NCBI GenBank assembly: GCA_963422365.1
Contig: OY729426.1
Span: 576,001-640,000 of the forward strand
Length of the DNA stretch: 64,000 bases
Direction: 5' to 3'
From: Nitrospirales bacterium
GTDB lineage: Bacteria > Nitrospirota > Nitrospiria > Nitrospirales > UBA8639
Notes under the pieces: model-generated
Seen by the model: the letters and a program-made list of their open reading frames with translations, nothing else
Told to the model about the DNA's origin: nothing
Database searches by the model: none
Translations under genes and position numbers: made by a program
Part shown: in pieces, positions 44,617 through 54,026 of the stretch
How the letters are laid out: each line of letters starts with the position of its first letter
How positions within the stretch are numbered: position 1 is the stretch's first letter

Positions 44617-47085
44617 ATGGCAAATAAGAAATCCACATTTTTCGCAAAGCTATTCTATAGCTACTGCCACAAAGACGCTCAGTATAGAGATGCTATGGAA
44701 AACTCGCTTTCTTTTCTGAAGAGAGAAGGACTGCTCCAAGATTGGTCGGATAGAAGTATCCTGCCGGGACAGCAAATTTCACAAACAGTCAAGAAAGCAA
44801 TGAATGCGGCGGACATTATGGTGTTTCTGTTTAGTCCGGATTTTATTGCCTCCGATGCCTGCATGAAAGAATGGAAAGATGCAAAACGACTTGCTACTGA
44901 AGGAAAGCCGACCGTTCGTATTCCAATTATTCTCAAAGCATCTCCCTGGCAAGAACTGCTTGCCAATGATGACGTAAAAGCATTGCCGAATGACGGAAAG
45001 GCCGTCAATACGTTTCAAAGGCAAGATGAAGCATGGCAACAGGTATACGAAGGTATTAAATCTGTTATCAAACAATTAAGAAATAACTTCACCCCAAAGC
45101 AGGAGTTTCTTGATGAAATGAACAAGACCGATTTTCTATCGCAGCATTCTATTAAACTTCAAGATATTTTTATTTTCCTGCGTCTGTCTTGCTACGGGTC
45201 ACAAGAAAAAAATGGAGTGGTGCAGGAGGAAATCATCACATGCCAAGAACAACTTCTGGAAAAGAAACGTGTTCTTGTTCACGGAGAAGATATGAGTGGA
45301 AAAACAGCTCTTGGGCAGCATCTGTTTCTCTCTTTGGCTGAAGAACCCTCAACCCCGGTTTTGCATATTGACCTGAAAGACATTTCTGAAAAGCGTAAAG
45401 AGAAAGTGTTTATTGACACATATCGCCAGCAATTTAATGGCGATTATTCATTATGGAAGCGGCAAAATAATAAAACTCTCATCTTGGATAACCTGAACCG
45501 AACATCCAACATAGGATTCATCGGCTTCGCCAAAACCTTTTTTGACAGAATAATTATCATCCTGTCTTCCGATGCTTTCAGTTCATTTTTTAAAGATGAG
45601 ACACGATTGGCGGATTTTCACAAAATGAAAATTGAACCCCTGACACACGGACAACAGGAAAAGCTGATCAGAAAGCGATTGGCGTTATCGAACAGGGAAG
45701 AACCTGTTACAGATGGCTTTGTGGATCAAATTGAAAACCGCGTTAATTCCGTAATTATCTCCAACAAAATTGTGCCGAGGTATCCGTTTTTTGTGTTGTC
45801 CATTCTGCAAACTTACGAGGCATTCATGCCCGACAATCTATCCATAACTTCGTATGGACACTGCTATTATGTTTTGATTCTTGCCCATCTTATTAAGTCA
45901 GGAATCTCCCATAGTGACAGCGATATTAATACTTGTCTTAATTTCGCTGAACATCTGGCATCCGGGATTTATCATGATACTGACTTAAACTACGATGAAT
46001 TTATTAGTAAATATAAAGAAAGGTTTCATATCCAGGATTCAATCTTGAACAGGTTGAAAGACCCCGATCATGGCATTCTTACTGACTGCGGCCATTTTAA
46101 AACACCGTATATGCACTATTTTTTCCTGGGTCGATTTTTGTCCAGGAAAAGTGACACTTCGAAAAAAATAATTCGGGAGATGTGTGAAAACAGCCATGTA
46201 AACGCAAATTATCTGACGCTTTTATTCACGATTCATCACACGAATGACAATGAAATAGTGGACGATATTTTACTTAAAACCATGTGTACATTGGATAGCG
46301 TTCGACCGGCGGAACTGAATCGCGAAGAAACGAAAAGATTTGAGGAACTTATCGCTGCTCTCCGCGAAAATATATTATCCAGTAATAGTGTGGAGTCGGA
46401 AAGGGAGCAAGAAAGAGGTGCCCGAGACGTTGACGAGCAACAACTTGAAACCAGGGAGAATATGAAAGAAACAACCGATGATTACCCCGTCAACGACTGC
46501 TATCGCATTTTGAAGAACAATGCAATTATGGGACAGATTCTTCGGAATAAACACGGCAACATGGAAAAAACAAAGGTTGAAGAGATTATCGAGGTCATTG
46601 CGGCCGGCGGCCTGCGTCTTGTGAATCTTGTCCTGAAAGATGAGGAAGAGATAGCTGATTTGGCACGTTTAATTCATGAACAGCACCCTGATGACGACAT
46701 TCAGAAAATCAGAAAATTCGTTCAGTTTGTATCCTTCATTTGGACGATGACTAACATTGAAAAAATTGTCGGGTCTGTAAACGTTCCGGAAATCAGAGAA
46801 TCGGTCAATAATGTTGTATCTGGCAAGTCAACGCCTGCATATGACCTGATTGATTATTTCAGCCAGCTGGATAACTCAAATGAACTTACAAATGGAATAA
46901 AGGAGAAACTTGGTAGCTTGTTAAAGAAACATGATGACCCCTTTTTGCGAAGGGTGTTATCCATCAGAACGCAATTCTACATGAAGACACATCGCAGCAA
47001 AGCGCCTATTCAACAATCAATTTGTTCTTTGTTGGGCATTTCATATTCTCAGCAATACCGTCTTGGAAGAAATACGTCTTCGTGA
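44617..47085 (+). CDS. TIR domain + STAND/NACHT-like NTPase protein (putative antiphage NLR-like)
   Basis: N-terminal TIR_2 (FYSYCHKD, WSDR.I.PG, FIASDACMKE), Walker A GEDMSGKT, Walker B LILDN; intact 822 aa, AT-rich. Confidence 0.85.
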   Translation: MANKKSTFFAKLFYSYCHKDAQYRDAMENSLSFLKREGLLQDWSDRSILPGQQISQTVKKAMNAADIMVFLFSPDFIASDACMKEWKDAKRLATEGKPTVRIPIILKASPWQELLANDDVKALPNDGKAVNTFQRQDEAWQQVYEGIKSVIKQLRNNFTPKQEFLDEMNKTDFLSQHSIKLQDIFIFLRLSCYGSQEKNGVVQEEIITCQEQLLEKKRVLVHGEDMSGKTALGQHLFLSLAEEPSTPVLHIDLKDISEKRKEKVFIDTYRQQFNGDYSLWKRQNNKTLILDNLNRTSNIGFIGFAKTFFDRIIIILSSDAFSSFFKDETRLADFHKMKIEPLTHGQQEKLIRKRLALSNREEPVTDGFVDQIENRVNSVIISNKIVPRYPFFVLSILQTYEAFMPDNLSITSYGHCYYVLILAHLIKSGISHSDSDINTCLNFAEHLASGIYHDTDLNYDEFISKYKERFHIQDSILNRLKDPDHGILTDCGHFKTPYMHYFFLGRFLSRKSDTSKKIIREMCENSHVNANYLTLLFTIHHTNDNEIVDDILLKTMCTLDSVRPAELNREETKRFEELIAALRENILSSNSVESEREQERGARDVDEQQLETRENMKETTDDYPVNDCYRILKNNAIMGQILRNKHGNMEKTKVEEIIEVIAAGGLRLVNLVLKDEEEIADLARLIHEQHPDDDIQKIRKFVQFVSFIWTMTNIEKIVGSVNVPEIRESVNNVVSGKSTPAYDLIDYFSQLDNSNELTNGIKEKLGSLLKKHDDPFLRRVLSIRTQFYMKTHRSKAPIQQSICSLLGISYSQQYRLGRNTSS

Positions 47086-47160
47086 TTCTATCTGAGTTTG
47101 TATGCTCAATAGTCCAAAATGATTGGGATTCGTCACATCCCCTTCGATTCGGGCATGCTG

Positions 47161-47284
47161 GTTTTAGCTAAAACCGCCGACTTCCCCGCAGACACCCGCG
47201 ATCAGGAAGCTGACGATCGACCTCCTCGTCTATCAACTCTACGACCTGACTCCCGAAGGAATCTGAGCGGTGGAAGAGCGATAG
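47161..47284 (+). repeat. Type IIG RM C-terminal tail, copy 3
   Basis: AKTADFPADTRDQEA(fs)IDLLVYQLYDLTPEGI*AVEER*. Confidence 0.8.
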
Positions 47285-47373
47285 AACTGATAGAAGGGAG
47301 AATGGTTTGCTAGAGTTTTTGTTGAGAAACCTGCTATAGACTCTGTTGATGGCGTAAACGAAAGGATTCTTAG

Positions 47374-47896
47374 ATGCTGACAAATGACGAAGCGGAGCAT
47401 TTGATCACCCTGCCAAAGAAGCTGGTAGAAGGGGACAATGCCGTTGACTACAACGACTTTTCGTTGGAGCAACGGAAAGGCAAGATATACCTTGTATGCC
47501 GAACAGGAACCCGATTACTCCTTTCTCCCTGATATTCGACGGAGCAGTAAACGTGCGCTGAAAATCACGCTGCACTTTCAGGAAGACGACTCAAAAACGG
47601 GGCTGTTGCGGATCGACTACCATGAACAACACCGGAATCCCCTTGAGATAAAAAACAGCTCGCCCGATCGTTTCAAACCGTATGCCGGGAAGTGGTTTGA
47701 TTATCGCGAGCACCATCTCCATTATTACGTTGAGGGCTATACGCCCTTGGCGTGGGCCATTCCTTTGGTCAATGATGACTTTCCCCTGAAAACCATACGT
47801 GCTGTGAGTGACATTTTTTCTGTCATACAGGCATTTTCCAGGAGAATAAATCTGAAGACCGAATTCAGGGAGTATCAACATGAACTGGCTTTCTGA
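47374..47896 (+). pseudogene. DUF6978-like protein, frameshifted near N-terminus
   Basis: MLTNDEAEHLITLPK in one frame, then LLRIDY...H.NP, HLHYYVEGY..LAWAIPL in another; upstream of DUF1828/1829 gene. Confidence 0.6.
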
Positions 47897-48667
47897 ACAC
47901 GTTGATCACTATGACGATTGGCTCAAGGCCAAAACCCATATTCCGCCCTATGATGCAAGCGATTGGGGGCTCATTTCCACTCCCTTTCTAGGACGGTTTA
48001 ATGACACGCTGGAAATCTACGCGAAAAAGCACGGCGATGAGATCACACTCTCTGACGACGGCAAGACCCTCCACGACTTAGAACTCATGGGAGTTTTTTC
48101 TCTCGCTCCTCGTCTCGGAAGGAGATGCTGGAACGTATCCTCACCAATCATGTTGTGAGAGAAGAGGAAGGCGAGCTTGTGACACGAGCCAGGGAATCCG
48201 ATTTTCCCCAAGGGAAGCATAATTTGCTCCAGGCCATGTTAGAAATTAGCGAGTTTCATGTCCTTGCCAAGCATACCATTGCCAATGTTTTCAAAGAGGA
48301 CGTGAGAGCGTATCTTGACGAGCAAGAGATCGTCTATACGCCTCAATTCATTTGCAAAGGGGCCGTCGGGATTGAATTTACTTTTGACTTCCACGTGGCC
48401 TATCGGAAAAAGGAGATTGTGCTGAAGTAATTCAGCGGCATCAACAAGACTTCACTGTCAAGTTTTCTGTTTATGTGGAGGGATATTTGTGAATCCAGAA
48501 AACATTTGACAGGTAAAGAAGTATCGGGACTTGCCCTTATTAATGACGAAGACAAGAGTATTAATCCTGAGTATCTGGATGCCTTGAAGGCAGGCAGAGC
48601 GGATTACGTAAGATGGCAGGACAGATACGTGCCTGAAAATACAGCAAAATTCAAAGAAGCCGCATAA
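47880..48667 (+). pseudogene. DUF1828/DUF1829 protein, broken
   Basis: ISTPFL..FND.LEIY, LSDDG.TL, KHNLLQAM, F.EDV..YL, G..G..F.FDF, INDE; one frameshift plus TAA at 48428. Confidence 0.75.
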
Positions 48668-48870
48668 AAAACGCTTTGACGCAGCATTCTTTTTCCAGCA
48701 ATGGAGCGGCGTTCAGAAGCACCTCAACGGAAGGACCCTCGACCATCAACCCTACGATGACATGCCGGATCTTCAATTGTTATAGAAAGCCATGCGGATG
48801 GGTTGAGAGCCCTGATGATTGTTCAAATGCCCTTCGATCTGTCGAGATGGATGTCAGCCAAGGGCAGACA

Positions 48871-48931
48871 CCGGCGAGCCTATGCACTCTACAGCCTGAC
48901 GGACGAGGAAATCGCAACGGTAGAGGCGCGG
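48871..48931 (+). repeat. Type IIG RM C-terminal tail, copy 4
   Basis: RRAYALYSLTDEEIATVEAR. Confidence 0.72.
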
Positions 48932-48976
48932 GAGTGGTCACTTGGGCAAGAACGATTCACCGAATATGAGTTAGCC

Positions 48977-49255
48977 ATGATTCAATCATTTGCGGATAAG
49001 GACACGGAAGAACTTTTCGAGTTGGAACGCAACCACCGGTTTGCCGCTCTATCGCGAGTTGCGCTGCGAAAATTGATCCAGATGAATCAGGCCAGCGCCC
49101 TCAGTGACCTTGCCGTACCGCCAGTTAACCGTCTTGAAGCTCTTAGAGGTCGGCTTTCGGGCTTTCATCCCATCCGCATCAATGACCAATGGCGCCTTGT
49201 CTTCAGGTGGACGGATGCCGGACCTGAACAGGTTGCAATAGTCAATTATCATTGA
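48977..49255 (+). CDS. higB: HigB (RelE/ParE family) toxin
   Basis: MIQSFADKDTEELF, PP.NRLEALRG, IRINDQWRLVFRW. Confidence 0.9.
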   Translation: MIQSFADKDTEELFELERNHRFAALSRVALRKLIQMNQASALSDLAVPPVNRLEALRGRLSGFHPIRINDQWRLVFRWTDAGPEQVAIVNYH

Positions 49256-49280
49256 AAATGAACCCATGACGTTATAGGAT

Positions 49281-49586
49281 ATGAATATGAACGAGCCAAT
49301 CACACCCGGTGAGATTTTACTTGAGGAGTACCTCAAGCCCATGGGGATTTCGCAACATGCCGTGGCGCGCGCCATCGGAGTTGCCCTGCGAGCGATCAAC
49401 GAAATCGTGCATGGTCGGCGGTCGATTGCACCGGCCACGTGGATTCGCTTTGGCGCCTTCTTCGGTCAGTCAGACCAATTCTGGCACGGCATCCAGGTCG
49501 AGTGCGACTTTCGCAAGCTGGCCGGAGACAAGCACCGGCTTACCGACGGCATTCAACTAGCTGCGACGCTGGGGCAGGCGTCCTGA
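49281..49586 (+). CDS. higA: HigA antitoxin (XRE HTH)
   Basis: [36 protein letters not shown]. Confidence 0.9.
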   Translation: MNMNEPITPGEILLEEYLKPMGISQHAVARAIGVALRAINEIVHGRRSIAPATWIRFGAFFGQSDQFWHGIQVECDFRKLAGDKHRLTDGIQLAATLGQAS

Positions 49587-49593
49587 GCATTCG

Positions 49594-49659
49594 AGGCCGC
49601 ATAAGAGGCGGCCCCTACACAGGCACTGGATTCCTGATGACACATACACAGGAATGACA
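49594..49659. repeat. Mosaic of two REP-like palindromes
   Basis: GGCCGCATAAGAGGCGGCCCCTAC followed by CTGGATTCCTG..CAGGAATGAC. Confidence 0.65.
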
Positions 49660-49867
49660 GAAGGGGAAAAGGGAGGGGAACCGGCGACACCAGAGCCCCC
49701 TGTTAGACGCAGGCACCTCTTCAACGGTACACCTTGTCTCGGCGAGCGACCCTCACCACTAGGACACGCAACACACCACCCTCGTGGTGGCAGATCATGC
49801 GGCAATTTCCAACGCGATAACGGCACAGCCCACCCAGTGGGCTGGTCAGTGCCGTGGCCCAGGTTCC

Positions 49868-49975
49868 GCGGGTCATCCAGGCCGTGCTCGATCATCTCAC
49901 GCAGGTAAAACGCCTTCGTACGCCCGGTCTGCGACGCCAGACAATCAAGCCGTTACTCGGTTTCGGGAATATCAC
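49868..49975 (-). pseudogene. RHH/RelB-like antitoxin fragment
   Basis: Minus strand RLDCLASQTGRTKAFYLREMIEHGLDD. Confidence 0.6.
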
Positions 49976-50127
49976 AAGTGCGAACTCGGCTGATACTCCC
50001 ATACGACGCCTCGACGATGCCGCCCTACAAATGCAATGGCATATGATGTGGCCGCGCCAAAAGAGAGAAGAAAGCGAGAGAAGATCCCGCAGATACAAAG
50101 ACGAATGAGACCTGTTCAACAAGAGGG

Positions 50128-50733
50128 TTACAAATACCGATGAGCGACGGCTTGACCCTGCTCATCCAACTCATACAACAACGGGGCACCCGTGGGAATA
50201 TTCAGTTCGAGCACGTCTTCTCGGGAGAGTCGGCCAAGGTGCATGACGAGGGCGCGCAAACTGTTCCCATGGGCCACCACTAACAGGGTCTCGCCTTTCT
50301 CCAGTCGCGGCCGGATCCGTTCTTGGTAATAGGGAACCACCCGTTCGGCGGTATCGTGTAAACTTTCTCCCCCAGGCGGACGCACGGCATAACTTCTCCG
50401 CCACAATTTCACCTGGTCCTCTCCATATTTTTCAATGGTTTCTGCTTTATTGAGCCCTTGTAATTCTCCATACTTGCGTTCATTCAAAGCCAGCGTTTTT
50501 TCAACCTGGAGTTGAGGTTGGCCAATGACCTCCAACACAATCTCCAGGGTTCTGATCGCCCGCGTCAATACTGAGGTAAACGCATGATCAAACCGAAAGT
50601 CCTCAACTTTCTTTCCTGCCTCTCGGGCTTCCTGCTCCCCTTTGGGGCTTAGGGGGACGTCCACCCATCCGGTAAATCGATTTTCAAGATTCCATTGTGA
50701 TTCACCATGGCGAATCAAGACAACCTGTTTCAT
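50128..50733 (-). CDS. gpmA: 2,3-bisphosphoglycerate-dependent phosphoglycerate mutase
   Basis: [37 protein letters not shown]. Confidence 0.96.
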   Translation of the reverse strand: MKQVVLIRHGESQWNLENRFTGWVDVPLSPKGEQEAREAGKKVEDFRFDHAFTSVLTRAIRTLEIVLEVIGQPQLQVEKTLALNERKYGELQGLNKAETIEKYGEDQVKLWRRSYAVRPPGGESLHDTAERVVPYYQERIRPRLEKGETLLVVAHGNSLRALVMHLGRLSREDVLELNIPTGAPLLYELDEQGQAVAHRYL

Positions 50734-50910
50734 GCTGCCTCCCCTGTCCGAACCCTTTTCTCACTCAAAGCCGCCTGTTTCTCTCCCCTTGCTTTGCTTG
50801 CTGACACACCGTACCATGCCAGCCACGTTCCAGAACCCTCACCTGAACCTGACCTCTCATCGTGTGGGCAGCATCAGAACCTGCATCGACACGTTTCTGA
50901 ATTGGCGCAG

Positions 50911-51741
50911 ATGGCTCAACCCGATCTCCCTCAACCCGAGGCCCAGTGGTGGATCATGCTGGCGCAACGCCTCAACATCAAAGACAAAGTCGAGCAGTTC
51001 TTTCACCATGCGACCACGCCCCACAATGTGCTGGGCCGCGTGGCGGAAGTCGATGGAGACATGCACTATATTTTGTTTGTCTTGGTCCGCCATTGGATCC
51101 CCATCGTCTTGCCCCCACCGGGACGTGAACGAATGTCCAAACATGATCCGGATTACTGGTTGGAATCGGCGAAAATTCTCGATGCCGCGGTGACGCGCTT
51201 ACGTGAACTAAAACCCCTGATCGACCTCCTGACCACGGCCAACCCCTTGGGCCCGAAGATGGCACCTTCCGCTTCCCCGATCGTCGAGGTGGAACTCGCC
51301 AACATGTTGCAAGACATTGCCAACGTCGCCGGCAGTTACGGCGGGCCTGACTATACGTCGATCATCAAAAGCTTCGACCCCATCCCCCTTCGACAAACGC
51401 AACCCTTTAAACACAACAAAAAACATAGCGCCGAGTTGTGGGTCGTGTTTCTGCTCCGCGAGCATTTTCGAACCCTCAGCATGGGAAAAGATCGATATTG
51501 GCCGCTTCTCACGGACGTGATTACCGCTGCCGGCATTCGTCAACCCAATGACCATGCGTTTACGGCGGGCGAACTCAAATCGTGGTGGACGAAGAATTGG
51601 CCTCGGACCTACACCATCATGTTGAAGGAAAAAAACGACGGCGGGCTGCCTACCGCCCATACGGCCTACCAAAGTGACTATGAATGGTTTCAATCATGGT
51701 TCACGTGGGAGATGTCACAATCGGCCACCCCTGATCGCTGA
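50911..51741 (+). CDS. Hypothetical protein
   Basis: Long ORF with host-like codon usage; start uncertain because the longer ORF overlaps gpmA. Confidence 0.65.
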   Translation: MAQPDLPQPEAQWWIMLAQRLNIKDKVEQFFHHATTPHNVLGRVAEVDGDMHYILFVLVRHWIPIVLPPPGRERMSKHDPDYWLESAKILDAAVTRLRELKPLIDLLTTANPLGPKMAPSASPIVEVELANMLQDIANVAGSYGGPDYTSIIKSFDPIPLRQTQPFKHNKKHSAELWVVFLLREHFRTLSMGKDRYWPLLTDVITAAGIRQPNDHAFTAGELKSWWTKNWPRTYTIMLKEKNDGGLPTAHTAYQSDYEWFQSWFTWEMSQSATPDR

Positions 51742-51842
51742 TTCCCTGCTCATCCACTCGCTCGCATTTCTGACGCCCAGCCCCTGCGATACGTCGCGAT
51801 CATCTGCCCTGACAAGGCTTGCGACGACCGAGAGAAATCCAG

Positions 51843-52520
51843 CTAGAATGTCCGTCGGCCCTCCATCTCTTCCTCATTAGGCAAAGGGAGATCTTCTTCG
51901 AAGGGTGGGTCACCGAGCCAGGCAAAAAAGACTACGATTTTCAGTAAAAGAGACACGGCCACCAACCAGGACACATAGGGTTGGATGCCCCCTTCATCCG
52001 CGAGCTTCAGCATGCGAGCCACGTGGTCAAGGCCGGCCCTGGTTTTCATCTTCAGCAACAGATCTTGTAAGTGCCGGTAATACACGTAATTGGCACTCAT
52101 ACTTGCGATGACCGACCACACGATGGGTACCGTGACGTCATTCGTTAAAAAGACGGAAACGATGGGTCCGATAAAATAGACAAACGCAAACAGGTACATT
52201 TTTCGATACAGAAACCAGAGAAAGGGTTCTACCAAAAATGGGGCCCAGTTCCACGTGAGAGCAAATCGAGGTCCTGGTATGGAATGAAATCGTTGAAACA
52301 TTCGTTGGTAATAGTCCCAAGCGGGTTTCCACGACCAGCCTCCCCTCAACGTAAAGTGGAGACATTTCCCCGGACCGACCAACGCCCGCCAATACGGCTC
52401 CTCATGATCCGTCTCGGGGGAAGCGGTAGTCGCCGCTTCCTGGGGAAACTCCTTCCCGCATCGCAGGCAAAACAGGGAATCATCGGGATTTTGTTGTTGG
52501 CAGGAATCGCAGGCTCTCAT
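51843..52520 (-). CDS. Zinc-ribbon + DUF2628-like membrane protein
   Basis: CDSC...FCLRCG, WNWAPF...W.LYRKMY, ANY.YY. Confidence 0.8.
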   Translation of the reverse strand: MRACDSCQQQNPDDSLFCLRCGKEFPQEAATTASPETDHEEPYWRALVGPGKCLHFTLRGGWSWKPAWDYYQRMFQRFHSIPGPRFALTWNWAPFLVEPFLWFLYRKMYLFAFVYFIGPIVSVFLTNDVTVPIVWSVIASMSANYVYYRHLQDLLLKMKTRAGLDHVARMLKLADEGGIQPYVSWLVAVSLLLKIVVFFAWLGDPPFEEDLPLPNEEEMEGRRTF

Positions 52521-52835
52521 TGCTTGGGACTATACCATGCGAACGTTCCAGAAGGCCACAGGCCCGAATTCCTCACCAGATGGAATTCGCCGGTTGCATT
52601 CAGTCCAGGCTCCAGTATGCCGTCAAGAAAAATGGGAATGGGTCATTGCATGGGCTGCAGGTGAGGCTTGCCTGGAGCAAAAAGGGCGTTTATTCTTCCT
52701 ATCATACTCGTGTGTCGCTGAAGTTCTTGGCGGAGAAAATCTGGCGGGGGGGGCAATGCCGGATGAATAAAGAGTTAGTAAGGTGTAATTGCCGTCGGTC
52801 TCCCCAGATCGATCGCCACACACCAGAGTAAAATC

Positions 52836-54026
52836 ATGCTGAATAACCAGGAACTGGAGGATATACTCAAAAGCGGTGAAAGCGACTGCGTGGAATTTAC
52901 AGAATCTACCAGAGACCTGGATAAAATCCGGACAGCCATCTGCGCTTTTGCCAACGATCTCCCCAACCATAAGAAGCCAGGGTTTGCCTTCATCGGAATC
53001 AAGGATGACGGAAGTTGTGCCGATTTGACGATTGATGATGATCGGTTACAGACACTTGGTGGATTGCGAAGCGACGGCAAGATTCTTCCTTTTCCAACCA
53101 TGGAGGTTGTCAAACGAACCCTGAATGGTTGCGAAGTTGCCGTGATACAGGTGGAGCCTTCGGATAATCCACCGGTAAACGTCAATGGCCGGTGTTGGAT
53201 TCGGGTTGGGCCGCGACGCAGCCAAGCCACCGCCGAAGATGAACGACGCCTGACGGAGAAAAGGCGCTGGGGGAATCTGCCCTATGACATGCAAAAGGTG
53301 AGCAACGCGTCTATAGAAAATGACCTGGATATGCGGAAGTTCCGGAGTGAATACCTGCCCTTCGCCGTATCACCGGAAGTGCTGGAAGAGAATGACCGCA
53401 ACCCTGGAGAACAATTGCGGGCTCTACGCCTGACGGCGCAAGACGGGACACCGACCGTGACAGCTATTCTCATGTTGGGTAAAGACCCGCGCTATTGGTT
53501 TCCCGGCGCATACATCCAGTTTGTTCGCTATGAGGGCCGCGAGGTCACGGATGCCATTCTCGACCAAGCTGAGCTATCTGGCCCGCTACCTGACCAATTG
53601 CGCGAAATGGACCGCCTGCTAAAACGAAACATCTCTACCGCCCTGGACACCCACGGGGAAAAACATATCGAAGAGCCGGACTACCCGTTTCAGGCACTGC
53701 GCGAACTCGCCCGCAACGCGGTGATTCACAGGAACTACGAAAATTCCAATACTCCCGTACGACTCACGTGGTTTGCCGATAACGTGGAGATCAGCAACCC
53801 CGGCTCGGTGTATGGTTCAGTAACGCGCGAGAATTTCGGACAACGCGACGCCACGGCCTACCGCAATCCTACCGTTGCGGAAGCCATGAAAAATATGGGG
53901 TTTATGCAGCAGTTCGGCATCGGTATCGCTACGGCAAGGAAAGCACTGGAAGAAAACGGCAATCCGCCGCCTCAATTCACCATAGAAGAAACCTTTGTTT
54001 TCGTTACAGTCAAGAAACGACAATGA
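52836..54026 (+). CDS. Schlafen/AlbA_2 domain + HATPase_c_4 (RecG-C-like) protein
   Basis: ESDCVEF.E, ICAFAND, IGIKDDG, YP..ALREL..NAVIHR.Y, ISNPG, YRNP.VA. Confidence 0.85.
   Translation: MLNNQELEDILKSGESDCVEFTESTRDLDKIRTAICAFANDLPNHKKPGFAFIGIKDDGSCADLTIDDDRLQTLGGLRSDGKILPFPTMEVVKRTLNGCEVAVIQVEPSDNPPVNVNGRCWIRVGPRRSQATAEDERRLTEKRRWGNLPYDMQKVSNASIENDLDMRKFRSEYLPFAVSPEVLEENDRNPGEQLRALRLTAQDGTPTVTAILMLGKDPRYWFPGAYIQFVRYEGREVTDAILDQAELSGPLPDQLREMDRLLKRNISTALDTHGEKHIEEPDYPFQALRELARNAVIHRNYENSNTPVRLTWFADNVEISNPGSVYGSVTRENFGQRDATAYRNPTVAEAMKNMGFMQQFGIGIATARKALEENGNPPPQFTIEETFVFVTVKKRQ

Noticed and set aside
48803..48976. N-terminal extension of HigB
   Set aside because: It is RM tail copy 4 reading through; HigB homology starts at ATG 48977
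49700..49710. GTTAGAC matching an integron attC core site
   Set aside because: No convincing complementary RYYYAAC box with attC structure and no IntI gene in the window
49810..49820. Second ACGCGATAA half-site similar to 41884-41892
   Set aside because: No matching TTATCG arm or shared spacer; may be coincidence
40000..50100. CRISPR array or prophage in the island
   Set aside because: No regularly spaced identical repeats, cas genes or phage structural genes seen
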